From positions 8,680,001 to 8,744,000 of the forward strand of contig OZ059897.1 in the NCBI GenBank assembly GCA_964057225.1: 64,000 nt of DNA, read 5' to 3'. Both the position numbers and the translations under genes were made by a program. This document shows, piece after piece, positions 45,905 to 59,300 of the stretch. The stretch's first letter is position 1, and the number at the start of each line of letters is the position of its first letter. Below the pieces are notes generated by a model that worked only from the letters and a program-made list of their open reading frames with translations, was not told the origin of the DNA and made no database searches. The DNA is from Auanema rhodensis (Eukaryota > Animalia > Nematoda).

Positions 45905-48900
45905 CTACAACTAGGCTTTAATGCAGCGAATTGAAATCCATTACGACAAAGAATTTGGAAGAAGATAGGTATTGGTGAATGACTCCATTGGAGTAGTAAA
46001 GATTGAGAAGATGTTCGAATGCTAGGGGTAGATTAGAAGAAAGCCTCGAAACAATGGTACGGACAATTGCTAGAGGTTGTGGAGATTTGATAACTAGCAG
46101 AATAAAGCATACTGGACAGGACAAACATCATCGATTGAGTGTCGATATGTTTGAATTCCTATTGTCTTCTCTATTTGCGAAAGTAGATATATGGCATAAA
46201 TGGAAGAGATAACGATATTTTTGATTAGGAAATTGGTTAATTTCTATAGAAATATAGGAAATTAGGTAGATATAAGCTTTAGTTGTAATATAAATAGAAT
46301 AATATTGCTTCTATAATACCAACAGAAGAGAGCAATTCATTCTTTGCCCCAACGCCCTTCTCCTCTTCCGTCGCACTCGACCAAACTCCCTCTCTCTCTC
46401 TCTCCTCCCTTTCACTCATATCACCTTACTCCTCATATGTACGTCTTTTGAGAGAAAAAAAACAGTTTAAACGAGTAACTAAAAGCAACTAAGAATCAAG
46501 ATATAAACAGTTTGCTGAGCAAGGAAACGAAAGTTTTATTTTTAAAAGGACTTAAAATGCTTCTTCTCACAACAGGCTCTGTTCACAATCGTTCACTCGT
46601 TTCGTTTCATTCCAACCAGCTCTATTCTGTCTCTCTCTCTCTCTCTCTCTTTCTATCTCTCGCTTTTTCTTTCTCTCTCTCTCTTCATCTATCTTGTTCT
46701 CTAGCTTTCTCTCTTCTGTACGATGTGTATGCCCACTCTTTGATGCTTTTGCTACAATCACCTATTTAACATGTACTTTCATGTACCTTTTCTATTCTTC
46801 TTCTAAGGTTTAAATTTAAACATTTTAGTACTATGGATAAGTAAAAACTGTATAAAAAGTGAGAAACAATCAGAGTTTAAACAATGAAATAAGTAAAAAC
46901 TTGTCCAAATATAGTTTATTGCTGATGGCAATGACTGAGTCATCTGTAAATAGCAAGAGATATATCATTTTGATTCACGAATACATGGTACATTTGAATT
47001 ATCAATTGAATCAAAGTAATTAATAAATTAAAATATTTTTAAATTAATAGTATGTGAATCTTATATGAAAAAAAAAAGGAAAAACTATAGTTAGAATTAA
47101 GAAGTTGCAAGTATTGTTCACACTGCTATTCTCATAAAACAGCTCACATAGATAAGAAGGACAATTATCGTCCATGTTTTACTATCTCTCTTGACGATGA
47201 TGTATGATAAACGATGTATATTTAACAGTTAAATTATAGAATTCAAACTGAACGTTTATCAGAAATCAAAAATTGTAAGCAAACAGTTCTGAATGAAAAA
47301 AGAGAAAAGTAGAAAGAGATTCAACATTCCAAGTACTGAGACTTAGTGTCAATAGTCTAGCCACACTTATTTTAGTAACCTTTACTTATATACTATACAT
47401 ATAGTTAACGATAAATTATATTTAAAAAATATTAATAATGATATGATTAAATAAAAATTTTTTTCATGAAAATTGAATTTATTCAAATTTGATGAAAAAA
47501 ACTGATTTAGGGTGTTTCCTGATCTTTTTTCCAGCTGTATGATAAGCTGAACAAGCATTTTCACATTGATGTGAAGAGCTGTAGACTTACAATCATCTCT
47601 TTTTCAGCTTTTGAAAGGTGCTATACCAACACAAATAATTTCTAAGAACTCAAGAAATTAAAAAAGAAACAGTTGAAGAAACATTTGTGAAGATTTTTTT
47701 TCGAAAAAAAAAATATTGTCATTGTCAGCTGAGATGCTGCAGATGAAGAAGCAACAATGCTCCATGTGCTCTTTTCTATTCATCTTTGTGTTTCAAGCTT
47801 TTGTGAGAGAACATCACAGATATACAACGACAACGACGACAAGAATGCTTACGACGAGAACGCTTACGACGAAGCCAAACGATAACAAAATCAACGAAAA
47901 TTGAAAGAAAATTGGACAGGTGATGTATGTGGTTATGGCTTCGGCTGCATCTTTTTGCAATATCCAGCAATAGCCTTCGCTTAGTAACTATTGTTTGAAA
48001 TAAGGTCATAGAGCATTGAGTGGTTTGAACTAATGTTTCCATGGAGCTCGTGAAGATTCATATTAATTTCTTTCAGTTGTGCTGATTTCAATTAGTTTGA
48101 GCTGAAGGTGAGAAAAGGAATGGGAAATAAGAAGAAGCTTGAAACATCAAATTATCTGCATAACTGCTGAAAGCAAGAGCATATTGCTGCATTTCCGAGC
48201 ATACTTTCCATATCTGGTTCTCATGGAAACAATTGATATCGAACGACCGAAGGATGTTGGAAAATTGACATAAAAACTATGATTGTGAGCATAGTAAAAG
48301 CTGAAAACACGTAAATTCTGAAGAACAAACTCTGTATATTGTCTCAAATTTATAAATTTTCTTATATTTATTATCTTTTAATCATTATTTTCAACCTGAG
48401 TACAAGATAATGCTATTGGAATTTTGCAAAAAAAAAAGAAGAAAAGTGAATGATTGATACATATTGCCTCATCACTGTATATTAACTGTACAGCATACAA
48501 CATCACTAATAGGTTTTATGATTGAAAATAATTTTATCACTAAGAAAGTAATGAATGAATCATTTAAATGCTTTATATATAGACTTATCTTTTTAAATTC
48601 TTTAATTATCTTATAATATCTTTTTGATAAATATATTGAGTCATTAACTATTTGCAAATTATATCTTATTTCTATATTAAATGTCATATTCTTTTTGATT
48701 TTTCTTCAAATATTTCTATTTCTATATGTCATTGATGTATTAATTATAATGATTTTAATAATTAAACACGGAAAATATAATAAAAATAAAAATTTATGTA
48801 TATATATATATATATAAATAATATACATATATATATAGTATATACTCAATCTTTGGTTCAATATATACAAATCTGTGATCCTATATAGTTAAGCTTGATA

Positions 48901-49820
48901 AGTTTAGGGTCTACACATCATATTTGGTACTAATTATCAGATGAATTTGCGTTATTTGTCAGTGTCTGAATTGGTGATTCAATACATTCGGCAAGAAAAA
49001 TGGAAACTATACATGAAGGATTGCAAATTAAGAGAGAAAAACAATCAAAAAATGAAACTTATTTGAAAAATAAAAAAAAAAGTTTTTTTTTGTTTGTAAT
49101 AAGCTAATTGTACCCATGAGTTTGATAAAAAAATCATAGAAATAAGGAAATGAACAAGGCCATTCAGAAAGATTGACGAATATAATTAGTTGGTAGAGAT
49201 AGTAAGAGACCGAAAAACATTATATTATATGATAAGATATATAAAATAACAAATTGTATAGTTAACGACGACTTTTTATCTCAATCGAAGAGGAGCAAAC
49301 ACTTTAGTAGTGATGAAGAGAAAAGGAGGAAGAGGAGTGATTGTCAATGTCGAAGTTGATTATGACATTTGGTTGCTATATTCTTGTTTTTAGCAACAAA
49401 TGTCATAATATACATGCATAGTATTGTATATTACGCATAGTTTATATTTGGAATTAAATATAATGTATGGTATATTGTAGACTAGATGATCATGAAGTAA
49501 AGAGAATAGGAAAAAAATGAGTTTGTAGGAATAAAATCTGACAGAAAATAGAAGAAATTGAAGATATATGTATATAAGAAGACAAAGTTTGGGTGCATTG
49601 CTAGAAATGAAGGAAAGAAATATATCAATTTTCTCTTTAAAAATTTGCTTTAAAGAGATGAAATATAAATTTGAAGAAAAAAAACTGAGAAAGTATAACA
49701 GTTAACAGGTTAGTTTTGAAGTTTTTCATCCAAAATAACATTTGAAGCTTTGTTCTAATGTCTGACAAGGAGGATATCTTTATCGCTTTGTTGAAGTATT
49801 TGTAACTAGATGATGCTTAG

Positions 49821-52800
49821 TTACACGTACGACACATCATGATCAGTGCCGGGAAACAGATCGCCAACGTTATGAACACTGATGATATTTCCTGATTCAC
49901 TTCCATATTTATCCAGATCCTTATTCGATGATGAATATTCCTTATTTGATTGTCGTCGCACTAACTGACGTCCATCACGTTTTCGATCCACGAAAAATTG
50001 ACCCTGAAACATGATGAATGAGCAAAATGAAAAGGAAATGGAAGAGGGAATTGAGGAAGAGCAACTTTCAACTTCTTATGTTAAAGCTAACTATTTTAGA
50101 TTGAGCTCCAGTGTTCAGAGCAATAGTATGATGATGAACAAAGAAAGAACAAGAAGAAGGAGTGAATCAAAATAATTTGAAACAAACCTTTGATATTTCC
50201 AATGTAACTTCCCCAGAACAAATCGAATTTTCGTGCATAGTCCTTAAATAGAAAGAAAATAGTTATCTTAACTATATGTATATATAAAATTACTTTTGTT
50301 TATCGTTATTATTATTAAGATTAGTTGATTGACCATTACTTCGATGAACCGTCGGAGATATCAAAATGCTTGTTGTATAGCTTCTTCGTTTATCTTTTAT
50401 CTTTTTTCGTTGCTCATTTCGTCGGGGTTTCTCTTCGGGACTGCTTTGCCATGGATCAGAGATGGAGCCTGTTGTGACTGATGACGGCATACCTGAATCA
50501 AAAAATGAATATATAGTATGTATATCAATGTACATGTATATTTCTGTGCAATAAAATGTAAAAAATGACAAATATAATATGAATAATCAGATATGAAATG
50601 AATTTTATATTGCTGACGAAATGTAGGGTAAAATCAAATTATAAAAGAATTTTACTTACATTTCTCCTGAGATTTTCGGGTGTTCTTGAGAAGGTCAGGC
50701 GTAGGAGGCTGAGGTATAAACATTGGTTCATCATCAACCAAGCCATCTTCTTCGTCCTCTTCATCATCGTCATCATCGTGCTCGTCCTCAGATTCATTAC
50801 CACCATCGTCATCTAATATCTCTTTTGGTGGCTCATCAATTTGATATTTATCGAAGAACGTTCGCCAATCATCATCCCTTTCAACTCCAAATATTCTCTA
50901 CAAAAAATGAGAAATATGATATAAAAGCTTAGAAAAAAACATACATATGCATTCTTAATTAACATTAAAACTGCTGAGTTAGTGTGTTGAGCTTGCTGCA
51001 AGTATACGGAATGATCAGCACTAGAATCTATTGGAGGTGGCCAGATTAATGATGGAGCTACAACGGTCGACAGATTTGAGCAACACATGAGATTGCTTTC
51101 TTGGAACCTAATCAAGTAATATATAAAATAATAATTATGTATTTCTTAATTATATACCATGTAACTCGGTTAAGATGAATCATAAAATATTTTAACGTTT
51201 CATAATTTTGTGATGGAAGCCGGTGAACTAGACAGCGCAGACTTTCAAAGCAACTCTCATCATTTTCTAATTTCGCCTGGAAAAGGTATTATGAGACTTA
51301 TAAATGATTTGAAACATACAGATCCAATACGAGCAAAATCGCTATATAGTTCAAACGTTAACAAAGGTTCCGGTAGCTTTCGGAGATAAAGCTTAACAAC
51401 AGATGCTAGATTCATAGGATGTACATTGGATAAATCAATCTGTTCTTCTGATGTACATCGTTCAAACAGTTCACATATTTCTTCTATCTTTGATTTAACA
51501 CCACATGTTCTATATATGCCCTAAAGAAAAAATAATAATATTAAGAGTTTAAGTTGCAAATGTAGAACAAACCTTAACACGCATTCCACGTTTTTGCAGT
51601 TCATGAATAGTACTTTCAAGGATAAGGGGAATTGCTCGTTTCTGCATTTCCAGATGGCCTTTGAGGGAAACGCCAAAGATGCTCATGCGACGATCGGTTG
51701 TCGCACGTAAGGTTTGGCCACAATTAATACTAGTCTAAATGTAATAAACTATGTAAATTATAATTAATATTAATTAAATTGAATATATAATTATGAATAG
51801 TTAAATATAAATTTTTAATTTAAAAAAAAATAAAATAAAAAATAATTATAATGTTAGAAGCATGAGATGATATACCTTGGGGAAGCATGATCGATGCCAT
51901 TGCTGTTGGCAATCTATACATTGAACTGTAAAGACGATAGACAGCCGATCACAATGAGAACACTTGGATGGCTGGACTGTTCGTTGAACGCAATGGGTAT
52001 GGGCTGCATCAGATAGATCTGTGGAATCGAATAGACGGCCGGCTGAAACAAACAAGCATTGTCAACAAAATTTATATACTATGTATAATATATATATATA
52101 TATATAGATACAGCTTAACTATTATATGTATACGATTATAATTTGAGATAAAACGAGATAATTATTTTGACGAGAAAATCAGGATGTATGTATGAATGTA
52201 TGTACATAGATCTTGTAAAAAGAATTAATCTTTCGTAACATCTATTAACTATAATACCTTTATTCATTTTTAATATTGATAGTTATATATTTCTTTCAAA
52301 TAGTTTAACCATTTCATTTTCATATAGCAAGCTTGTAACTAGAATGTTGTTTCGACCATAACTGTATACGTTTTGAAATCAAAATTTGGTTGATTAATTA
52401 CATATCATATATTTTTTCTTTTAAATTATATAAAATGTGTATGATTATGTGAAAATAATTAATTTTTCACCTGTTAATATACATATGTATACATATAGTT
52501 TTCAAACAAACATCTAACTAGGAAGTAATATTAAATAAGAAAGTCCAAACATTTTACTTCTCATGAATCTATCTTCGTTCACAAGCTGTATTTTGAAAAT
52601 TTAGGTTAATCAAAAGAAATATATTTGTGTTTTGTTTCTTCTACTAATTACGAATTAATAACTATATGAATTTATGCTAACCTGTACTGGTCTTTTTGTG
52701 TCGTTTTGTATCAGGAATGGTGCCTTCATCATCGGGATTCAATGCATTACGTCGAAGTGATGCTACAGAAGAACCATCACATGATACTCCTTCATCGACG

Positions 52801-52971
52801 CTACGATCTGATCTGTAAGACGAGAAGAATAGTGAATGTGAAAACAAATTTTCATTCGAATAAGTTGTTAATCAAGAAAGAATTAGATATTGAATGCAGC
52901 CGTTCAGTGCATATATTTCAATTTTTCATCATTTATCAGATAAAAATGATTTTATATGATATATTTATATA

Positions 52972-53022
<51 letters not shown>

Positions 53023-53198
53023 GAAATTGATAATAGAAAAAGATAATTATTATACCTGAGCAGTGAATTCGTTGAAGCAGCCCGATCAGGCAAGTGCTGA
53101 AGAAAGGTCATATATGCACTTCCGGGCTCAAAATCTCGCGTAGCATCCGATAATTGCTGATAGCTGCCCGGCAGTTTGACCCATAAAGCTGCTAGCGA
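49821..53198 (-). CDS. spv-1: RhoGAP with C1 domain, SPV-1/ARHGAP29-GMIP-HMHA1 family; 3' part only (F-BAR exons not found in window)
   Basis: Exons read SLAALWVKLPGSYQQL...; C1 HTHCVQRTVQPSKCSHCDRLSIVFTVQCIDCQQQWHRSCFPK-TSINC; IFGVSL...IPLILESTIHELQKRGMRVK-GIYRTCGVKSKIEEIC (arginine finger); LASVVKLYLRKLPEPLL; NLMCCSNLSTVVAPSL; acidic tract; ends DHDVSYV*. Confidence 0.82.
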
Positions 53199-54694
53199 CT
53201 GAAATGAAAACAAAAATTAATATTTGAAAAGAAAAGTAAATGAAATGGATAACTAGGATATGGAGATTGCTTGTGATGTAGGGATGGGGGTCGAAGAAGA
53301 TGTGGGAGGCAGAGAGAGAGAGAGAAGAGAGGGAAGGTTTGTTGCAAGAAGAGAGAAAAGTAAAAAAGATCATGTAAAGGAAGAAGAAAAAGAGAAGAAA
53401 CTATGGGAAAATTATAAGAGTTCTTGCATAATATTGCATAAAAATAAAAAAAATGTCGTTTGTAATATGGCTAATAGAGTAAATACGTGATTAACATTTA
53501 AAAAAAAAGATGAAAAAGTACAAGTTGTCTACAGCGATATCGATATAATCTGATCTGTTTTCATAAATTTAAAATAAAAATGAAAATGAAAAAGAATAGA
53601 TTTCGGTCCGAAGGCTTATTCGTATGGAACGATCAGCCCACTCCATTATCTACAGAAGATGGAAATGGACGTACTTTGCATGTAGTACAAGAAGGGTTTA
53701 GAAGTGATGGGAGGAGTACGAGATACTGGACTTTCGAACAACATGCATATAGTAACAGGAAAAGAAAATAGTTTGTGCAAATTTTATAATGAGTAAGGTT
53801 AAACCAATAAATTGTTTGGCTTTGTCATCATCGTCGTCGTTGAATGATGATGAAGATCATTGGTTTGAGTTCGACCAGATGAGTTGAATAAGCGGGAAAA
53901 GCAGAGGGAGACATGGAGTGAGAACTAGAAGGAATAAGTGAGAAGGAATAGGTAGTGATAGATTGAGTAATGAAGAGAGTGGAAAAAAGAAATAAATAGA
54001 ATGAGTATAAGAGAAAGTAAGATTAAAAGAGAGAAATGAGGTGAAGAGAGAAATTAAAAAGAGAATGAAAAAGGGTTGGAAAAGGGGAAGGGCGAAGATA
54101 ATGAAAATGAAAGAGAGAGGGAGAGGGCCAACTGCCAAAGTATTAGAACAAGAGAGATGTACAAAGAGAGAAAAGCTAAAATAAAGGCTTGATTCAGTGG
54201 GTGTGTTGCTCAAAATATTTTGGATGGATCGGTCCAAATAGCTGAGGCTCTCTCTCTACGACTGGGCGATGGTGCGAACACAAAGAGTGGGACTTTGGAT
54301 GCTTTATTAAAGAGAGAAATAAGAAGAAATACATGTGAATAGATATGAAAAGAGCAAGAGAGTGAGCGAGAAATGTAGAGTAGTTAAACATGAAAGAAAG
54401 AAGAAGAGAGAGCGAAAGGATGGGGGGGGGCGAAGAAGAGGGAGGGAGGATAGATCATTTTGAGTTGTTGCAGACGCATATGATATGAAGAAAGAAGCAT
54501 ATCCATATAAAGTATGTGGTCAGTACTCTGCTGTCATAATTGCTAAAAATGCCTCAGGGGCAGGAATGTTGTTTTCAGTCAGGCATATAGGACGTTTAGA
54601 GTGTGTGTTAGAAATAGATGGATCTTCCAATTTTTCTATATTATGTATATATAGTTATATATACATTTTAAATATATTTATATGTTATATATAA

Positions 54695-54738
<44 letters not shown>

Positions 54739-56295
54739 GTGTAGATGTGTATGTGTGTATATGGTTTATGTACGAAGAAAAGGAGATATGGGAGATCAAC
54801 AAACGGAGCATCAGAAGCCGAAAGCCAATTAACCGATACCAAGAGCAGAGAAGCAAAAAGAAAGGTACAAGTTCAGATGATGCAAATACGTGAAGCTGTT
54901 CAAATTGAATTCTTAATCAGTATCTGCAGATACATCTCATAACATACACATATAATCCTCCCCCTCTTCTCTCTCTCTCTCTCTCTCTCTTTCTCCCTCT
55001 CTCTTTCTCTCTCATACCATATGTGTATTCAACATACATATAAGATGAATGAAGTGTCTGATAAAGCATAAGGACATGAGTGTAACTTAAGGTACAGAAG
55101 TTGACATAAACACACAAAATATCATGTATTGTTAAATAGCTTAAACATGCAATGGTAAATTTTAAATTTCTTTCTGAATTCCTCGAAAAAAAATATGAAA
55201 GAATTAGCTAAAATCAAAAAAAAAGAAAAGAATCAAAATGTTATTCTTCTTTTCGTTCTTTAGTTTTTTGAGCTTTTTTCGATTCAAGATAAATTTAAAA
55301 GTAAAAATATCACAGATAATCAGAATGGAGGTAAACGGCTCTTTCTCTGCTGTTTTAAACATAAAAAAAACAAGAAATAAAGAAAAAAATAGCTAAATCG
55401 TTTAGTTAGAATATTAGAATAGGAATGAGTGAGGAAAGAGAGATGGGAAGAAGAGAAAGAGTAAAGAAATAGAGAGAGAGAGATAGGGAGATAGAGAGTT
55501 AAGAACCTCAAATGAATAAAATGACTTAATGATAAAGCATGTTATAGGGTTAAGAGAAATATTGTTTTTTAAGCAGATGGTTGCTTCAATCTAATCGTAA
55601 GAGCGACTACATGAATGACTCGTCCTGGATAAGCCGGATTACGAGCCTCATGAAAATTTAGGAATATGTAGAAAAGGATAGGCAGTAAGAGAGAATAGAT
55701 AGAAAGAGAAAAAGAAGAGAAGAAGAGAGAAAGAAAGTTAAATAGTTTGACTGATATACATAGAAGGATTACGTAATTAGAATTTAAACGACTAAAAGAT
55801 GATACGATCTAAGAAATCAGTGGAGAATCATATCACATAGTATACGATTTCGGTGGTCTAAAATACTCATTTATTATACTTAATACATTATAATTTTAAT
55901 ATATTTAAGTATAATTATCATAAATACTTAACCGTATTTAAGAAGAGATTAATCGGGTTGAAAGAGAGAATGACAACACAATGAAATGAAGATGATTGCA
56001 CGGAGAGTAAATTAGGTCTCTTCTTCACATCCATACACACACACACACACACACACATAGACACAAAAAAACTTTTTTTGTCCACAAAACGTTTAAGCTA
56101 ATGTTATTAGAATCCAAGTATTTTTTTTCTATTCAAACCTAAATATGTGTCTACAAGAGAAAGAAAGAAGAAGATAGATAGTAAGATATAGATAGAGAAA
56201 TACAGAGAAAGATAGAGAGAGAGAGATGAAAGGGGGGGGTAATATAGATAGAGAGCAAGAAATGGGGAAAGAAAGGAGAAAGAGGGAGAAAGAGG

Positions 56296-56300
<5 letters not shown>

Positions 56301-56364
<64 letters not shown>
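56301..56364 (+). repeat. (AG)32 microsatellite in the large non-coding region 5' of the visible spv-1 exons
   Basis: Perfect AG run. Confidence 0.95.
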
Positions 56365-56368
<4 letters not shown>

Positions 56369-59300
56369 AACATTCTTGCTTTTCGGTGTTTATCCAATTT
56401 TAAAATCTTTCCCAACTAAAACGGCTGGAACGCGTCAACTAGCGAGCACTGCAATTTTTTTTTGCTCAACCAATTTTTTTTGGCCTTTTCAAAATCATTG
56501 AATTAAAAATATATCTAAAGCATATAGTGCAGTGTTATTGCTCGGAAATCTATATTATGAATAAGTAAATAAATATATAAATCTATATAGTATATAGTAA
56601 ACTCTATATCATACTATATATCTATATTTATATATAATATATAGTATTTATATTTGAAAATTACTGTCATAATACAGTAATTATGGATAAATGCGCCGTG
56701 ATAGTGTAGATGCATCGTTTAATCAGATTCAAATCAATTTTTTTGCTTTATTTGATATGTGTTACCATATAATTAGGCAATTTTTGAAATTATAATAGTC
56801 AAATATACTAATTATACGTATACACCTGCTATATGAATCTATTTCGAAGAGAGGGAGAACAAAAAAAAAGGAAAAAAAAAAGAAAAAAGATTGATTTGAA
56901 GTTGTTGTATTGTTGAAGAAAATTTCATCAAAAATTCATCTCTTCTCACGTCAGATGACACGTCATCCAAATAGCACGTGCTTTTCAAGCCCGAAAGGGT
57001 ATAGTTTACGAGTTATAGGTTATTCAGTTGAATGATAGACGGGGATAAAGAAAAGAAGTAAACGAAACATAAAGGATAGATGACATGAGAATAAGTGAAT
57101 GTATGGAGATGAGCGCGTGACAGTATACACGTGACGAGAATTTTCGAGCATTTTTTTGCAATTTATTCACTTTTGCGGCTATTTCCGACAATTTTCTAGT
57201 TGATCAAACAGCTGCAATTTCCTAATATAACCCGAGTAATCATAGTTGGAGGGAAGTCTTGATTCTCAATTATACTTCATCATCAATATAAATGAAGATA
57301 GTCAACGTTTATGAATATCACAGAAGATATTTTCATAAAGAAGTGAAGCATGGACAGGAAAACGAAAAGCGATGCAGTGAATGTGAGACAAAAAAAATGA
57401 GGTGAGAACAATAGAAATGTAAAAATAAAGCAAGAAAAAGAAAGAGAGAATAGTGGATATCTTGAATGGAAAATAGTATTTTCCACATTTTTTTTGTTCA
57501 TATGAAGTAAAGTCCAAAATCCAATAAGTAGTGTAATAATAAGAGACTTAATGTTATTTAAAGCTTAAAAAAATCTTTCAACCAAACAAATGCTGGCTTA
57601 ATTTTAAATTATTTCATTAAGCTCCCTTGTGTAGTTTTTGTAATCCATAAATAATCAAATAAGGATAAGCTATGGGAGGTAGAAATTGTGATGAATCATA
57701 AGAGAGACGGATTCGACTAAGACAAAGCCGATTTTGTGGATAATGATGATGAGTGCTACTGGAGTCAGAATTTGAAAAGGGTTGTCATTCAAAAAAATAG
57801 AAGAAACGTAGTGAAGAGCAGTAAAAATGATATAAAGATGGATATAGAATAAGTTAAATAGACGAACATTTGTATTGATATAAAAAAGAAAAGATATATA
57901 GAGAATGTACCAAAGCGAGAGAGGTTTCAGAGAAAAAGAGAGAGAGAGAGCGAGAAAAAAGAGGAAGGAGTAGCGATGAAGGGAGGGAAAAGACAATAAG
58001 ACGAACAGAGATGATATAAAGGCTCTTGATATAGAAACATAAAAAAAAGAAAGAAAAAATGGATCAAAACATTGCTAGAGAAAGAGAGAGAGAGTTAGAT
58101 AGATAGAGAGGGAGTTAGAAAATAGGAAAGATAGCAAAAGACTTTGAGCTGCAAAACTCTTCGATGTCATGATCGAGCTCGTCATATTTTGATAGGCCAT
58201 TTATAATATTTAGATTATTCGTCAAGCAAGTTGAGGAAGCTGTTTCATTTGAAAGCTACTAGTTTGTGCTACTCAATAGATGGTATGGAAAAGATGGCTC
58301 ATTCGTGGGCTGACTTTCAGTTTATGAATGAATAAAACGGTTTTTTTTCTATTTTAAGTTGTGCCAATGTTGGAACGACTGGAAGGTGAATATGAAAGAC
58401 TGATGCAAAGGAAAAGATGCAAGCAGAGGACACTGAGAGAGCACGAGGGAAATGATGCGGACGATTGAGACAAGTTCTTAGGCTCACAACAAGCTTTTCT
58501 GAAAATTGCGAGAACTACGTATGGAAATAAGTGGCTCAGAAACATGTATATATGTGAGTTGATTTTGATTTGCTAGCTTGGAGCAAATTTGATCATCAAA
58601 TTGAAAAACATGTGAGCTGTCATAGATCAGAAGTATTAAGAATACATGCCCGACTAGCCTGGGGGCATAAGCCAGAAAGAATGCAAAGTGATGATAGATC
58701 AAATCTTGAAAGAGTTTGATAATGAAGTATGAGAGTTCATACTAATGAAAAGAAAATTTAGTTACGAGCTTGAGCTTTAATATCAAGACAAGGGAACACT
58801 TTTCATGTTCAATAGTACAGCAATGATGATGGGGGGGGGGGGGAGGAATGTAAAAAAACCAACAATAATACTATATAAACTATGAATATTTACATGATAA
58901 GTATGTGTCTGGTTTTTCATAATTATGTATATTATGTAAAAAGTTATAATGAGATGAAATAAAGGAACAAATATATATATATGTATTGAGCAGAAGTCTT
59001 TGAAAAAGATGAGCAAAAGAATTGTTATTAAAGAGATTAAAAGTGATGCTTAAACAATGTGAATGGTTACAGGTAACCTGCTCGTAAGGCTTCAGCCGTT
59101 TATGAAATTCATTATGAGATCGGACAATTTTGCTCAAATGAAAAATGAATGAAACTACAGAGAACAGATGAACATTAGTGCATTGTAAATCAGAGATCGT
59201 TAAATCTTCATCAGACATATAAATAGTTCTAGTTATAAGAAAATATATAGATAATTAGACATATTTCAATTTGTTCTCAATAGAGAGATAATATGAAACA

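Noticed and set aside
47700-48350. ORFs 47716, 47776 and 48147 and a mini exon-like segment near 48077-48107
   Set aside because: No coherent multi-exon frame or recognisable motif.
55610-55652. Short imperfect hairpin CATGA..CTCGT..CCGG..ACGAG..TCATG
   Set aside because: Too short and bulged for a pre-miRNA; plausible by chance.
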